Notes under the pieces: generated by a model | Database searches by the model: none | Seen by the model: only the letters and a program-made list of their open reading frames with translations | Told to the model about the DNA's origin: nothing | Part shown: in pieces, positions 25,493 through 37,328 of the stretch | How positions within the stretch are numbered: position 1 is the stretch's first letter | Layout of the letters: the number at the start of each line of letters is the position of its first letter | Translations under genes and position numbers: made by a program | Assembly: GCA_001724265.1 (NCBI GenBank) | Contig: MEDY01000073.1 | Span: 62,001 to 126,000 of the forward strand | Direction: 5' to 3' | DNA: 64,000 bases | Source: Rhizaria sp. SCN 62-66 | Taxonomy: Eukaryota

Positions 25493-26825
25493 GCAGCAGC
25501 AACAGCAGCTTGGTGGCCACGGCCACACGCACCACGCAGGCTGCAGTCACGACACCGGCGCTCACGGTCACTCTGCCCACGGTCACTCGGCTCACGGTCA
25601 CTCGACACACGGTCTCAGCTCCACTCAGACGCAGGACAACAGCAACAACATCAAAGACGACGACGGCGACGCGGCCGCGGAGGACGACTCGCGCGCCCTC
25701 TTCCAGCTCGCCACCGCGGCTAGCAGCGCTGCCAGCGGCAACTACAGCGGAAGTAGTATCACTAACAGTAGCAGGACGCAGAGCCGGGCCTTCGTGCCCC
25801 TGCCGCCGCCCGGCGTCCCCGCCGACCCCGCGCCCGCTGCCGCTGCCGCGGCGCCCGTGGCCGCGGCGCCGGTGGTGGCGTTGACATGGAACACTGCGCG
25901 GTGCGTGGACGGAATCCCGCACGCCTTCACGTGGTGCGTCACGTGCCAGATCTACCGCCCGCCGCGCACGACGCACTGCCGCGCCTGCAACAACTGCATC
26001 AAGGAGTTTGACCACCACTGCCCCTTTGTGGGCAACTGCGTCGGGCAACGCAACTACGGATACTTTGCGTCCTTCATCGTCTTCGTGATGCTGTACATCG
26101 TGCTCTTCATGATCTCGGTCATGGGGCTGGCCTCGGACGAGCTCCGCAAGGCCTCCACGGGCGGCTCGGGCTCCGACGCGGGCGGCGACGATGACGAGGA
26201 TGCCGACAGCGCGGCTGACGCCGACACGCGGCGCATAATCTCGCTCGTGTCGTTGATCGTGACCGTGGTCGGCAGCGTCGTCTTCCTCCTCGTGCTGGGC
26301 TCGCTGGGCGGCTACCACGTCTTCCTCGCTTGCACGGGAAAGACCACCAAGGAGGCGCTCGTCGAGGGACGCAAGAGCAAGGCCGAGGCCGCGCGCCGCG
26401 CCGCCGCGGAGGCTGCCGCCGAGGCCGCTGCCGCCGCGCGCGCAGCCGACGCCGCCGAGGCCGAGGCTGAGGCTGAGGCAGAGGCCGAGGCTGAGACTGA
26501 GGCTAAGGATGATACGAACACTGCTGATGGCAACGACGCCGGCGCCCGCAGCCGCCGCACCGCGGCCGCCGCTGCTGCCGCGGCCGCTGCGGACGCCGCG
26601 GCCGCCGCGGCCGCCGCGGCACGGCCGCCGCCGCCGGAGTGGACGCCCCAGGATCCGCTGGCGCCGTTCCTGGACGCGGCCTGGGTGCGCGGCGGCGACG
26701 GCAGCGTCATCGACGGCCGCACCTACCTGTGGAACCGGCCCGCGTCCCTGGTCGGGGACATGTCGCAATGGGTGCCCGCGCCGACGTGGTGGCGCGGCGA
26801 CGGCGCGACGCGCCAGCAAGGGTGA
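24462..26825 (+). CDS. DHHC palmitoyltransferase (Erf2/ZDHHC9-14-18-like), 787 aa, with in-frame TAG at 25371
   Basis: NRFCCGGRLMTGP, two TM helices and DPG motif upstream of the TAG. Same frame downstream holds CVTCQIYRPPRTTHCRACNNCIKEFDHHCPFVGNCVGQRNY, two more TMs and the TTKE motif. Confidence 0.92.
25419..25612 (+). repeat. PolyQ tract followed by His-rich 15-bp repeats (GHSAH/GHSTH) inside the DHHC gene
   Basis: (CAG/CAA)n, then near-tandem CACGGTCACTC units. Confidence 0.85.
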
Positions 26826-27353
26826 GTGCAGCGGGCTGGCTGCGAAACAGAGGAGAGGGGCGTTTGCATGCACACAGATGTGATTGGGATTTAAAAGTGA
26901 GGTGATTGACGGGTGACACGGTTTTATAACGATATTAGTTGTAATTGTGTTTGAACCTATGCATCTAACTCGTCAATGTGCGAATCTTCGCTCATTGATG
27001 TAACATGGCCACTTTGGGCTAAACATGCGTCGTCAAAGTTGTCAATAGTCAACGAGAAATAAATGTTAACCTTACATTCGAAATTGATTGGGTTTTGCTC
27101 TACATATACGCATCTGCAATTCAATGTCGATCTTGAGATGTTTGCTTCGCAGTGTCTGGCCCATTGCCAAGTCGGTGCAACTTGAAAAATAATTTGTTCT
27201 ACCTAAAAGATGGATATGTACCACATGCCCAACTCACTGAAGTAGACTACCGCGTGTTAGGTGTATTTACAACTCATGTTTTGATATTTCTCGTGCTCAT
27301 TTGATTTTTCTTCAGAGGAGCATTGCGTTTCCCACGCGAGCTTTAAGTTGGTC

Positions 27354-30300
27354 ATGAGCGGCCCACCCCCGTTTCACCCACAGGGACCATTCTTTCCCGG
27401 CCTTCCTGACGGCCAGAACTTTGCCCACTCTGAAAGTGGTTTCTCATACAGCCAGAATACGCACCCCTACACCGGCTTTGTTCGTGGCGGACCCGCGCCG
27501 CAATGGGCTAGTGCCGGTGCTGCACTGACAAAGCTGATGACGCCGCGCGACCGGGCCTACTTGGCCCAAGCTCCGCCAGTGAGCGCCTTTCGTGATGCAT
27601 TCATGCCCTTCAACTACACCAACTACGCGCTGCCTCCTGCGCGCGCCCCACCGCGGATGATGAAGCGCCCGAACCCGCCCGGGGCGTAGCTTCAGCAACA
27701 ACCCGCGTTAATGTCACCACCGCCCCGTTACACAACTTCCCCGCCGTACTCACAGCAGCGTCATTTGCTCTCTCAACAGCGCGATCCTGTTCAGCATGAT
27801 GACGATGGCCTGCCCATGCTGCCTGTACCTACGAGTTACGGTGACGACAACTCCTTCGACTCCGCAACAGAGTCCCCGTTCGCGCCCCCGTTTTCCCCCC
27901 CACGCGCGCCTACTTCGCCAGCACCACAGCGCAGCAGCCGGTTTGGCTCGCCGGCCTCCGCCGCCGCCCGCGCGCGCGCCGCGCCCGTAAGCCCGCCCCG
28001 CGCGCTGGCTTTCTCCCAGCCCAGCGCCACCGGAGACAACGAGTTCTCGTTTGCGCGCGCCGCGCCGCTGGCCCTGGCGTCGCCCGCAGACCAGCGCTCT
28101 GCTATGGGCTTGCCGCCGCTCTCCACATCAACATCCTCCGGGCCCGTCCGCGCCGGCTCTGCGCCCGCCTCGCCGGCGCCGCAACACAGCCCTCCGCGCG
28201 CCGCGCCCGCCCCGTTTGCCGCGACGGGACCCTACGTTTCGCTGCGCGCCTCGGCGCTCGCAATCGGCGCCGTCGTCGCGCCCGTCGCGGATGCCGTCGG
28301 CGCGAGCGCGGTGGACTCCGGAGCAACCGCGGCCTTTGCGAGGGCGTGCGCGCGCGCGGCGGCGCAGGGCGGGCGCGCGACGCTGCTGCTGCTGTACCGC
28401 GACGGCTCTTCGTCCACGCGGCCCACGCTGCGCGCTCAGCGCAAGCGCTATCGCGGCTGGGTCCGCGACGCACTGGCCGCCGCTGCAGCCGCTGCAACCA
28501 CAGGCCACAGCGAAAGCGGCCACAGCGGCCGCGGCGGCAGCGCCGTGGCGCGGATGATGACGCCGCGACGCGGGCCCGCGTCCCCCGCGCCGCGCGGCGG
28601 GCAGGGCGGGCTGGGCTCAGCGCCCCAGTCGCCGGGTCCCACCGCGCTCGTCGACGCCGCCTCGCTTGCGGCCACGCTCGCGGCCGCCGCGCGCGCGCTG
28701 GCCTCCGGCGCGCCCCCGCCGCGACCGTTCGGCACGACGCGGTGCGCGGTTTCTACGGCCTCGCTGCGCGCCGCGTGCGTGCGCGCCGCGCTGGCGGGCG
28801 CCGCCGAGTCCGCGGCCGCCGCGGCGACCGACGCCGCTGTGGGGCTGCTGGCGGCGCCGGCGCTGGCGCGTCCGTGGAGCGCTGCGGACGAGGTGTAGGA
28901 GCTCTCAGTTGCGGGCCCGGGCGACGCGCTGGCGCTGCTGGTGCTGCTGCACGCGCCGTGCGTGCGCGAGCGCTGCGCCGGCGCCGACTGCGCGGGCCGC
29001 TGCGGGCACAGCGTCGCCGCGTTCTCGGCCACGGCCGCCGGCGCGGCCGCCAAGACGTGCCCTTGCTGCGGCGAGAGCGACGAGTTCGCGCTGGACGGCG
29101 ACTGCGGCGACTCCGGCGACGCCGACTTGGCGATCGCACCAGGGGCGTGCGCGAGCTTTGTGCTCCCGCTGGCTGACTGGAGCGATGCACCGGCTTTGTC
29201 GCCTGCTGTTGTGGACGCAACGCGCGCGCTTTGGACGCTGCTGCGCGCCCCGGGAGTCGCCAAGTGCATGCCCAACGCGCGCGCCGTGTTTGCCGCGCTC
29301 TCGCACACCGCGCCCGCGCCGCCCTTGGCCGCGCAGAACACCGCAGGCAGCAGCGGCGGCTGCGACGGCGGCGGCGTTGCGCGCACTGTGTGCGACCCGC
29401 TGCTGCTGGCGTGGCTGGCGCAGCCCGACTCGGTGCCGCCGCCAACCGCGCCCTTCAGTTGCCCCCGCCAGCAGCTCTGGCTCGGGCTGCTGCACCGACA
29501 CGCGCCCGGCGGCGCCCGCGGCAGCGCGCTGGCCGCCGCGGTCGAGGACGCCGTGCGCGCCGTGCGCGCAGGCGGCGCGGGCAGCGCGGGCAGCACGGGC
29601 AGCGCGGGGCCGTTGGTCCCGGAGGCGCAACTGCTGTTGGGCGACGCCGTCGCTGCGTGGCCGCTGTGGCAAGCGCTCTCGAGCTCACAGCAGCCGTCGC
29701 ACGCGCACGCGCGCATCGGCAGCAGCGTCTACACGAGCACAAACAAGAGTGGCACAGGCAGCAATGACGATGGCGTAGCTGAACTCTCCGCGCGAGATGC
29801 TCTGGCGCGCGACGTTGCGCTCAGTGTCGCGGCCGCAGCGGCAGCGCCGCTGGCTGACCTCTTCGGCGGCTCCGCGCCGGCGGCTACCGGCACTGTAGCC
29901 GCCGTGCCGGGCGCTGGCGCAGACCGCGGCCCCGGCGCGCCGGTGCGCGACGCGTGGGCCCGCGGCGCGTCGCCGGAGCTGCGCTGCTACTGGCGACAGG
30001 AGGAAGCCTTCCTGACGCGTGTGCTGGCGCCCATGGAGGCCCGCGGCGTGACTTTTGACCCGCGCGCTTTTACACGGGCGCGCGGCGCGGTCACCGCCGC
30101 GCTCGCCGCGCTGGAGCGGCGCGCGCTGGCCATTGCGGGCGCGCCGGCGCCGCTGCTGACGTCGCCGGAGCAGGTGTCGCAGGTCATGTACGACCGCCTG
30201 GGCCTGCCGCGGCTACGCGCGCCAGCGGCGTCAGCGGCTGCTGCGCGTGCGGCGGCCAAGCGGCGCGGCGGCGGCGTTGGATGCGGCGTTGGTGGCGCGG

Positions 30301-31969
30301 CCTACCACACGACGGGGCAGGCCGTAGTGGCTCAGCTGGCGCGCGCGGGCCACGAGTTCCCGCAACTCCTGCTGCGCTTTCGCGCGCTGCACAAGCACCT
30401 GCGCGGGTCCGCGGACCTCATGTTCATGCGCGCCACGGTCACCGCGGCCACGGTCACCGCGGTATGCGGGGGCAGCAACGGTGCGTGCAGCGCCAGCGCA
30501 GCAACGACCGGTACTGCGGCGGCCGGCACCGCGGCGGCGCTGGAGATGCTGAGCTAGCTCGGCAGCACCGACGAGTCAGACGAGGTTCAACGTGCGGCGA
30601 AGGCGACGCTGGTGCTGCACCCGCAGTGGCACCAGACGGCCACGGGCACAGGCCGGCTGTCGTGCTCGCGGCCCAACTTGCAGGCCACGCCGCGTCGCGC
30701 GAACGCGCCGGGCGGCAGCGTTGCAGCGGACACTGCGGCGGAAGACGACGCGGACGACCGCAGTGGTGGTGATGACGATGATGATGACGCCGACGTTGAC
30801 GTTGACACCGTCTACGCCGACGCCGACGGCACCGACGTCTCTGCAGCTGTATTGATATCCGAGAACAGCGCCACTACCGCGGATAACGAGCGCGCGCCCG
30901 ACCCCATGGCCGTGTCCCTGCCGAGCGTGCGCAGCGCCCTGGTCGCGCGCGCGGGCTGCGTGTTCATCGCGGCCGACTACAGCCAGATGGAGATGCGCGT
31001 GGCCGCGGCGCTGTGCGGCGACCCGCAGCTGGCGCGCGCGCTCTCCTCCGCGGGCGGGGACATGTACTGCGCGATGGCCGCGCAGTGCTTTGCGGTGCCG
31101 GAGCGAGACGTGACGCCCACGCAGCGTGATGCGGCCAAGACAATGTCGCTGGGTATTCTCTACGGCATGGGCACGGAACTGCTGGCACAAAAGGTACGCA
31201 ACATCACATTAACTTCAACAAAGACTCAATTGTCCTATGTGCAATGTACGTATGTTAACTATATCATGCGATGACTCACCAGAGTATCTCGTTTAATGAA
31301 TGGCTTTGAATTGTTTTGCAGCTGTCCGCAAGCTGCAGTGAGCGTGGATCCTCCCCGCAGGAGCTCATGACTGCCTTCAACACGACTTACCCGCAGCTGC
31401 GCACGTACGCCAAGCGCGCGACAGCGCTGGCGCTGCAGAGCGGCGGCGTGCGCACGCTCGCGGGCCGCCCGCGCTGGCTGCCCGCGCTGCGCAGCGGCGG
31501 TGCCCCGGCTGCGCGCGCTTACGCCGAGCGGCAGGTGCTCAACTCGATTGTGCAAGGCTCGTCAAGCGACATCATCAAGCGCGCAATGCTCCTCGTCGCT
31601 GCGCGCTTCCGCGCCCTTGCATTGCTGGTCCCTACTTGCTTGCCATTGCATAGCAGCGCTGCCGACGTCGGCGCAAGTGACAACGGCCGCGAGTGCTCGC
31701 TGTGGGCGCAGTGCGGCGCGGTGATGCAGCTGCACGATGAGGTCATCTACGAGGTCCCCGCGGCGCTAGCCGAGCGCGCGGCCGCCGAGGTGCGCGCCGC
31801 GATGGAGCAGGTGCCCGCGCTGTGGCAGCGCGCGATGGCGGCGCGGCGCGGCGCCAGCACTGCCGGCGCGACAGCAACCACTGACGCGTCGGAGGCGCCG
31901 GCGCTGATTGCATTTCCTGTCAAAGTCAAGGTGGGCCCGCGGTGGGGCGGCATGACGGCGCTGCCATGA
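27354..31969 (+). CDS. Family-A DNA polymerase, Pol nu/theta-like without helicase domain, about 1495 aa; exons 27354-31193, 31322-31969; in-frame TAG at 27687, 28896, 30555
   Basis: VLAPMEARGV, LTSPEQVSQVMYDRLGL, HPQWHQTATGTGRLSCSRPNLQ, motif A (ADYSQMEMR), motif B (RDAAKTMSLGILYG), AERQVLNSIVQGSSSDIIK, motif C (QLHDEV). The four upstream ORFs share one frame separated only by TAG. Intron 31194-31321 (GTACGC..TTGCAG). Confidence 0.88.
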
Positions 31970-32344
31970 ACAAGACGACGGACACATAGGCTTATGACTC
32001 TGTCTGAGGGATTGCATTACGGTCGGATATGTCGTGTAGAGATTCCGAAAGACATTGGAGACAGGAACGGCTGTTATTGAAAGGGGGCTTTGTATCATAT
32101 AAGTGTGGTCACACTGGGCTTTTGTGGTATGGTGGCGCACGGGAAGCAGCAGTAGGACAAAAAGACGGGGTCTTCCATAGACCGCATCATGTGTAGAGAA
32201 AGCAGAAAATTAACCGGGAAACTGAGATAAGACTAAAACAACACAAGAATACAAAAGAAGATATCATACAGAGACTATAAAAGAATATCTGAGCGATAAC
32301 ACTGGCCGCTCACTCACGCGCAGTTGCACTCGCCGACTGGCCGC

Positions 32345-33586
32345 TTACTCGAGCGGGTGATCAAAGGAGCCGCCCTTGAGTTTGACGTCGGTGAACCAGT
32401 CGATGAACTTAAGCGCGACGCCGATCTTGCGCTCCAGCCCGCCGTGCTGCCGCGCGACCTCGAGCAGCTGCGCGCGCACGTCGGCCACGTAGGCGGCCTG
32501 GATCTTGGCGTCCGCGGCCGCGCGGTCGAGGTTCTTCTGCAGGATCTGCTCCACGACGCGGTCGCGCTCGTCCAGCGTGCCTTGCAGCGACTCGAGCGAG
32601 GGCTTGCTGCGCATCGCCTCGGCCGCTGTGTCGAGCTTCGTCTCGAGCTTCTCGAACGCAGAGAGCGCGATGGCGTGCGCCTTGTCCATGGCCTCGACCT
32701 GCGCCGACAGCGCGCGCACGCGCGCAAGCGCAGCCTCGACGGCCTCCTGCGTCTGCAGCATCGCGCCCACGTCCTTCTGCAGCGCGTCGACGGGCGCGAC
32801 GACCTTGTCCGTCAGCCAGCCCAGCGCGGGTCGCAGCTGCAACTCCTCGTGCACGTGTTGCAGACGCTGCGCCACGGCCTCGCGGTCCTCCTTCTGCGCC
32901 AGCACGCGCGACGCCGTCACCACGGCCTCCTCCAGCTGCTCCAGCCGCGGCGCCGCGGCGTCCTGGAACTCGACCAGCCGGCGCAGCTTGTCACCCGCGA
33001 CGTTGAGCAGCGGCACCTCGACGCGGTCCACCTTGCATGCAAGCAGCTGCTGCATCGCCACGACCTCCTCCAGCAGGCGGTGCTGCGAGTCCTCGAGCGC
33101 GCTGACGATCGAGGCCGAGGCGTGCGATTTGCCCATCTCGTCACGGTGCAGTGCGAAGGCCTCGGCCACGTCATGCTTCAGCTGCACGAACTCGGCCGCG
33201 TCCGTCTTGAGCGCAACAGCCTCGAGACACTCCTGCAGCGCCACGCCCTGGGCCGCAATGCCCTCGGCGGAGCTCTCGATCTTGCGCCAGGCGCCGGTCC
33301 AGCCCGCCACCGTCTGCTCGACCTTGGCCAGGCGCTCATTGATCTGCGACGAGTAGGCGTCGAACTGGCGCGCTGAGAGCGAGTTGTGGCGCAACTCGTC
33401 TTCGAGACGCTGAATATGCGCCTGCTGCGCGTCAAGGCGCGAGACAAGGTTGTTCATCACCGACTGCAGCTTGAAGACGTTGATGAAGTCGTCGACACGA
33501 CAGTGCTGGTCCACGGCGTACGACGCCGCGCCCACGGGGCCGCCAGGCGCGGCAGGCGCATCGATGGGGGAGTGCATAGAAGCCAT
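32345..33586 (-). CDS. Coiled-coil protein of unknown function, 413 aa
   Basis: Intronless ORF with strong GC3 bias and heptad-like L/E/Q/A composition, flanked by AT-rich DNA. No family recognised. Confidence 0.8.
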   Translation of the reverse strand: MASMHSPIDAPAAPGGPVGAASYAVDQHCRVDDFINVFKLQSVMNNLVSRLDAQQAHIQRLEDELRHNSLSARQFDAYSSQINERLAKVEQTVAGWTGAWRKIESSAEGIAAQGVALQECLEAVALKTDAAEFVQLKHDVAEAFALHRDEMGKSHASASIVSALEDSQHRLLEEVVAMQQLLACKVDRVEVPLLNVAGDKLRRLVEFQDAAAPRLEQLEEAVVTASRVLAQKEDREAVAQRLQHVHEELQLRPALGWLTDKVVAPVDALQKDVGAMLQTQEAVEAALARVRALSAQVEAMDKAHAIALSAFEKLETKLDTAAEAMRSKPSLESLQGTLDERDRVVEQILQKNLDRAAADAKIQAAYVADVRAQLLEVARQHGGLERKIGVALKFIDWFTDVKLKGGSFDHPLE

Positions 33587-34228
33587 ATGCGCACAAAAAC
33601 AGACAGAGTAGCTGTACACAACTGTTTATCAGCGATGCTTGCTTCAAGAAAGTCTTAAAGAGGCTGCGGGTGAAAGGAAACAGAGTGTGAAGGTGAGTGG
33701 CAGAGAGAGGGTTAGTGGTGATCAGACTCAATGAAGGTCCACTACGACAGCAGTATAATTAAAGTAATTCACGTTGTACGTTATTTTTGTACAGAATCAA
33801 CGGATGACTTGCTAATTTGTCGATTATGGAGTGAGTTAATTCAGTTTGAGAATCGCCGTTAGTGGAAACTCCAAACTAGCCGTTGACTGGTGAGTAGTGG
33901 TGAGAAAACAAAAACTGCTTCAAGTTTGACCGATGACCAAGTCGAAGTCAAACTTTGGAGCTAGAAAGCGCAGTGTTTTTTACGACTTTTTAGCAGACAT
34001 AATCTGGGTTTAATTACTTTGTAACAACTAGTTATTATATTTATCTTTCGCTAGTGTGCTCAATACTCCGTGAAATAAGGTCTCATTTGATCCAACCCAC
34101 TATCCACAGCTCAGCTTATTCCCCAGGCGTTTGTTCTGCTGTTGCGGAAAAGAAGTATGCACACGTGTATAGTCCAGGCAGTCCGTTTTTTTTAACACTA
34201 CTTCTCTTCCAGATCTTATACAGCTCCA

Positions 34229-36767
34229 ATGAACCACCATGGAGCTGAACGTCACGAGCTGACGGAGTACGAGGAAGCGGTGCTTCGCTTACAGACTGCG
34301 ATAGGTCGTGTAACAGATCTTGCGTCAGGCGTGCTAGCCATAACGGAGCTTAACAATGCGTGTTCAACCGACTACATTATCACATACATTGACATGATCC
34401 GAGACAGTCAGGTCGTTCTGCTGCTTCTTCAGTCGCTTACGCTCTCAAGTGACGCAAACTCCCCAGATGCGAACGCAGTCGAGCGAGTCCGCATCATCAT
34501 TCGCTTGTTTAACACTTTAATCACGTTAACGGACAATACTGATCTGTTCATTGAGTGTGGTGCGGCTGAGAAACTGATTGCTTTTCTGCCAGGTATCGAA
34601 CACGTCAGCGCAGCAGCTGATATTCTCAAGATGGTGGTTATGCTTGTGCGCCAGTCACCTTGCACCTGCGACTTCTATTGCGCTAGAACGCGTGCGGCTG
34701 CATATGTTCAATGTCTCCACACATGAGCAGGAATCGTTCAATACGAACGATGATGCGAACTACCACATCGCACTGTGCAAGACTCTCTTCGCACTCTTTT
34801 CAGGCTGTCGTACTAAAGCGACCGGCTCAGCATCATCCCCACTTCCGTACGCTGTGGCGTCACCCTTTGTCCCACTGGTGCGCAGCATTATTTGTAGCCC
34901 CTCATTGCGCAGTTTAACACCCCAAGATGATGATTCTGAAACTCGGCCACGCAATCATGTCTATGCGGTAATGTGCAGTCTGTTCGAATGTGGTAGCAGC
35001 GACGCGTCCAACGCGCGGCGCCATATTGATCTTGTTGACTTTGTGGCAAGCACCGACTTTGACCCGATGCTTGACCTTGGCGATGCAAACTCTTTCCAAC
35101 GGTTGCACAAGTTTCTAAACATGTTGAACGACGATATGTTTGTCCGCGCATTCTCGGACGAGCGTGTTGAGCGTTTCCTTCGTAACATTCGTCCGAATGA
35201 ACATTACCCTCTGGAGCGGCTCAGTTTGTTTATGGATATATTCAAGACCCTAACAACACGACTTCCTGAGTTTGCCCAAAAGGGCTTATGGACGGACGGC
35301 TTGAGGCACATTGTTGGAAGTATCAAGGAGGTTTTCGAAGATCGGCACTTGAAATCTTACAACCTGCTGCCAAGCAACACGATTCAAGTGTTTGAAAATA
35401 TTCTCAGCACGTCAACTGATGCATTGCACGCGGGGCTGCAGCTGCTTGCCAGTGGTGCTGTCAGCGTATGCTGTACTTTTCTTCTGCGTTTTCTACTGGC
35501 ACGCCGGGCCACAGAGGAGGCGCTCGGCAATGTATGGCCGAACACGGTGCAACTTGCGCAAATACTACGCTTTCTCCGTGTGCTGGTCAGCACTAGCGAC
35601 ACGTCGCCTGGCTCCGATGGGTGCAGCACGACGTCGCGCAACCCCTTTGTGGTCGAGTTCATTACCCATCGCGGTCCGCAAGCACTCGAGCTGTTGCGTT
35701 TTGACAACTGCTTGCAGTGGCACGATAGTGACACGGTGTCCCTTTAGTTTTCTGAGCTACGCACACTGCTTGTGAGCATGGGTGTAGCTGCGCCTGTCGA
35801 TGCCAAAACAGAAGAGCTGCGGCTGCGAACTATTGCCGAGATGCGCGAGTTTGTGCAGCCGCATCGTGGTTGGCAAGCTGCGTTTGACGCTGAGATTGCG
35901 TCTAGCTTGGAAGAGAACAGTTTTCCGCGATTGCCGACGTTTGATTCTCGCACTCGTAGCTCCGTGATGCCTCCCGCCCGTCCGCGAACCACTGCGGCGC
36001 CGTCTGCCGCATTGCTGGCTTTACTGCAAGCTATGGCACGTGAACGCCTTCTTATGCATGTCCATGGCAAGATGTAAGCACGAGGTGTGTTTGACGATGT
36101 GCGGGTGCTAATGGAGATCTCTACGAGTAAATATGACGCGTGGTCCCCCCAACGAGACAAAAAGATCACATACCGCATGGTGATCCGACTTGACGACCAA
36201 CGTTTCCCTTGCAACTCCGCTCATTTCCGTGTTGCGGCACATCAGAAGTCTCTTGCTAACATGCTCCACACTTGTTTTGTGCCTCCCGGTGAATGTACAG
36301 CGGCATCTCTGCCTTTTGTCACACTGTCCAACCGTTTGAGCATCCAGAATAACCCATGCGCCACTGCGCCTCTGTCACTTCCGGGCAGCGACACTGTTTA
36401 CGGTGAATATACAGAGTCTACACCAGGCGCTGATCCGGCCGACGTCGCGGAATTTTACCCGGTCGGGACGGTGCTCATGTGTCCCGCCTCCGTTGCTCCC
36501 GAGGTGCATGCTTCTTCTCTTACACCATGGTTCATCGTCTTCAAGCCCTGTCCGGTAAGCCTGCTGCGTGGCGCCGTACCCGTTGGCCGTGTGATCTCGT
36601 GTCCTGCACGGGCAGAGCGTAACATCGGAAATGACATATTCGACAACGCACTCTTGAACATTTTAACGATGCGTTGTGAGGCGAAGAGCTGCAAGTCTGG
36701 CATCCGAGACGCCGATATATCAATTTGTCCTATAATAAGCACAGACGTTTTTCCTCGTGAAGTGTGA
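34229..36767 (+). CDS. Divergent alpha-helical (armadillo-like) protein or decaying gene; frame break near 34590-34690, TAG at 35745, TAA at 36075
   Basis: ORFs 34578-35747, 35772-36077 and 36087-36767 are in one frame; 34229-34726 is in another. Segments FIECGAAEKLIAFL and LLASGAVSVCCTFL resemble ARM repeats. Weak GC3 bias. Gene structure uncertain. Confidence 0.45.
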
Positions 36768-37328
36768 GGCATCCTGTACATATCAGATATTTATCAGAAT
36801 GGATCGGGTTTAAGGTTCATGTCATAAAAATAAGCATACCGTGCTTTCGTATATGGTACACTATTATATATCCATGTTTTCGATCATGGTTATCATTATT
36901 GGGTGAATCTTTGTTGAACCTGTGACAAATGTCACCGCACCGAAACGCATTAAGTAAACTAAACACTGTGCCAAAACAACAAGGTATCGTGACCGAGCGA
37001 TGGTATCTGAAAGAAAAATGCATAACAACAGCGACATTGCACGTCAGATGATTCTGTGATTCAAAGGTTTGGTGCTTCGTATCAACCACAAAAATCCCTG
37101 TGATTTTCGTTTGTGGTCGGACGCACATGCGCATTTTAGTTCGTCTTGTACACCATGGAAGCCAAATAAAACGGGAAATTACTTGTGTTGTGACAACTTG
37201 TCTTCTAATTCTCTCTATATTAATTGATTATTTGTCATATTGAGGCGATTTTGCATCGCCGCACACGCACTTGACACACACGGTCTCACCACCCACACAC
37301 TCCTTGCTTCATCCAAAGTTGCGCTCCA

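Noticed and set aside
26822-27315. Possible intron (GTGAGT..TTCAG) fusing the DHHC gene to the polymerase
   Set aside because: The splice is out of frame with the polymerase and hits TAA after a few codons; 494 nt is also far longer than the other introns.
25368-28898. Micro-introns removing the TAGs (GTAG at 25370, GTGTAG at 28893)
   Set aside because: 4-6 nt is too short for spliceosomal introns, most TAG sites have no adjacent GT, and the real introns here are over 100 nt and AT-rich.
24462-31969. Explaining the TAG interruptions as pseudogenes or as separate adjacent genes
   Set aside because: Catalytic motifs are intact, the breaks are all TAG and frame-preserving, and the pieces are halves of single known folds.
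33922-33955. 9-bp inverted repeat AAGTTTGAC/GTCAAACTT in a divergent promoter
   Set aside because: Short, single copy and compatible with chance.
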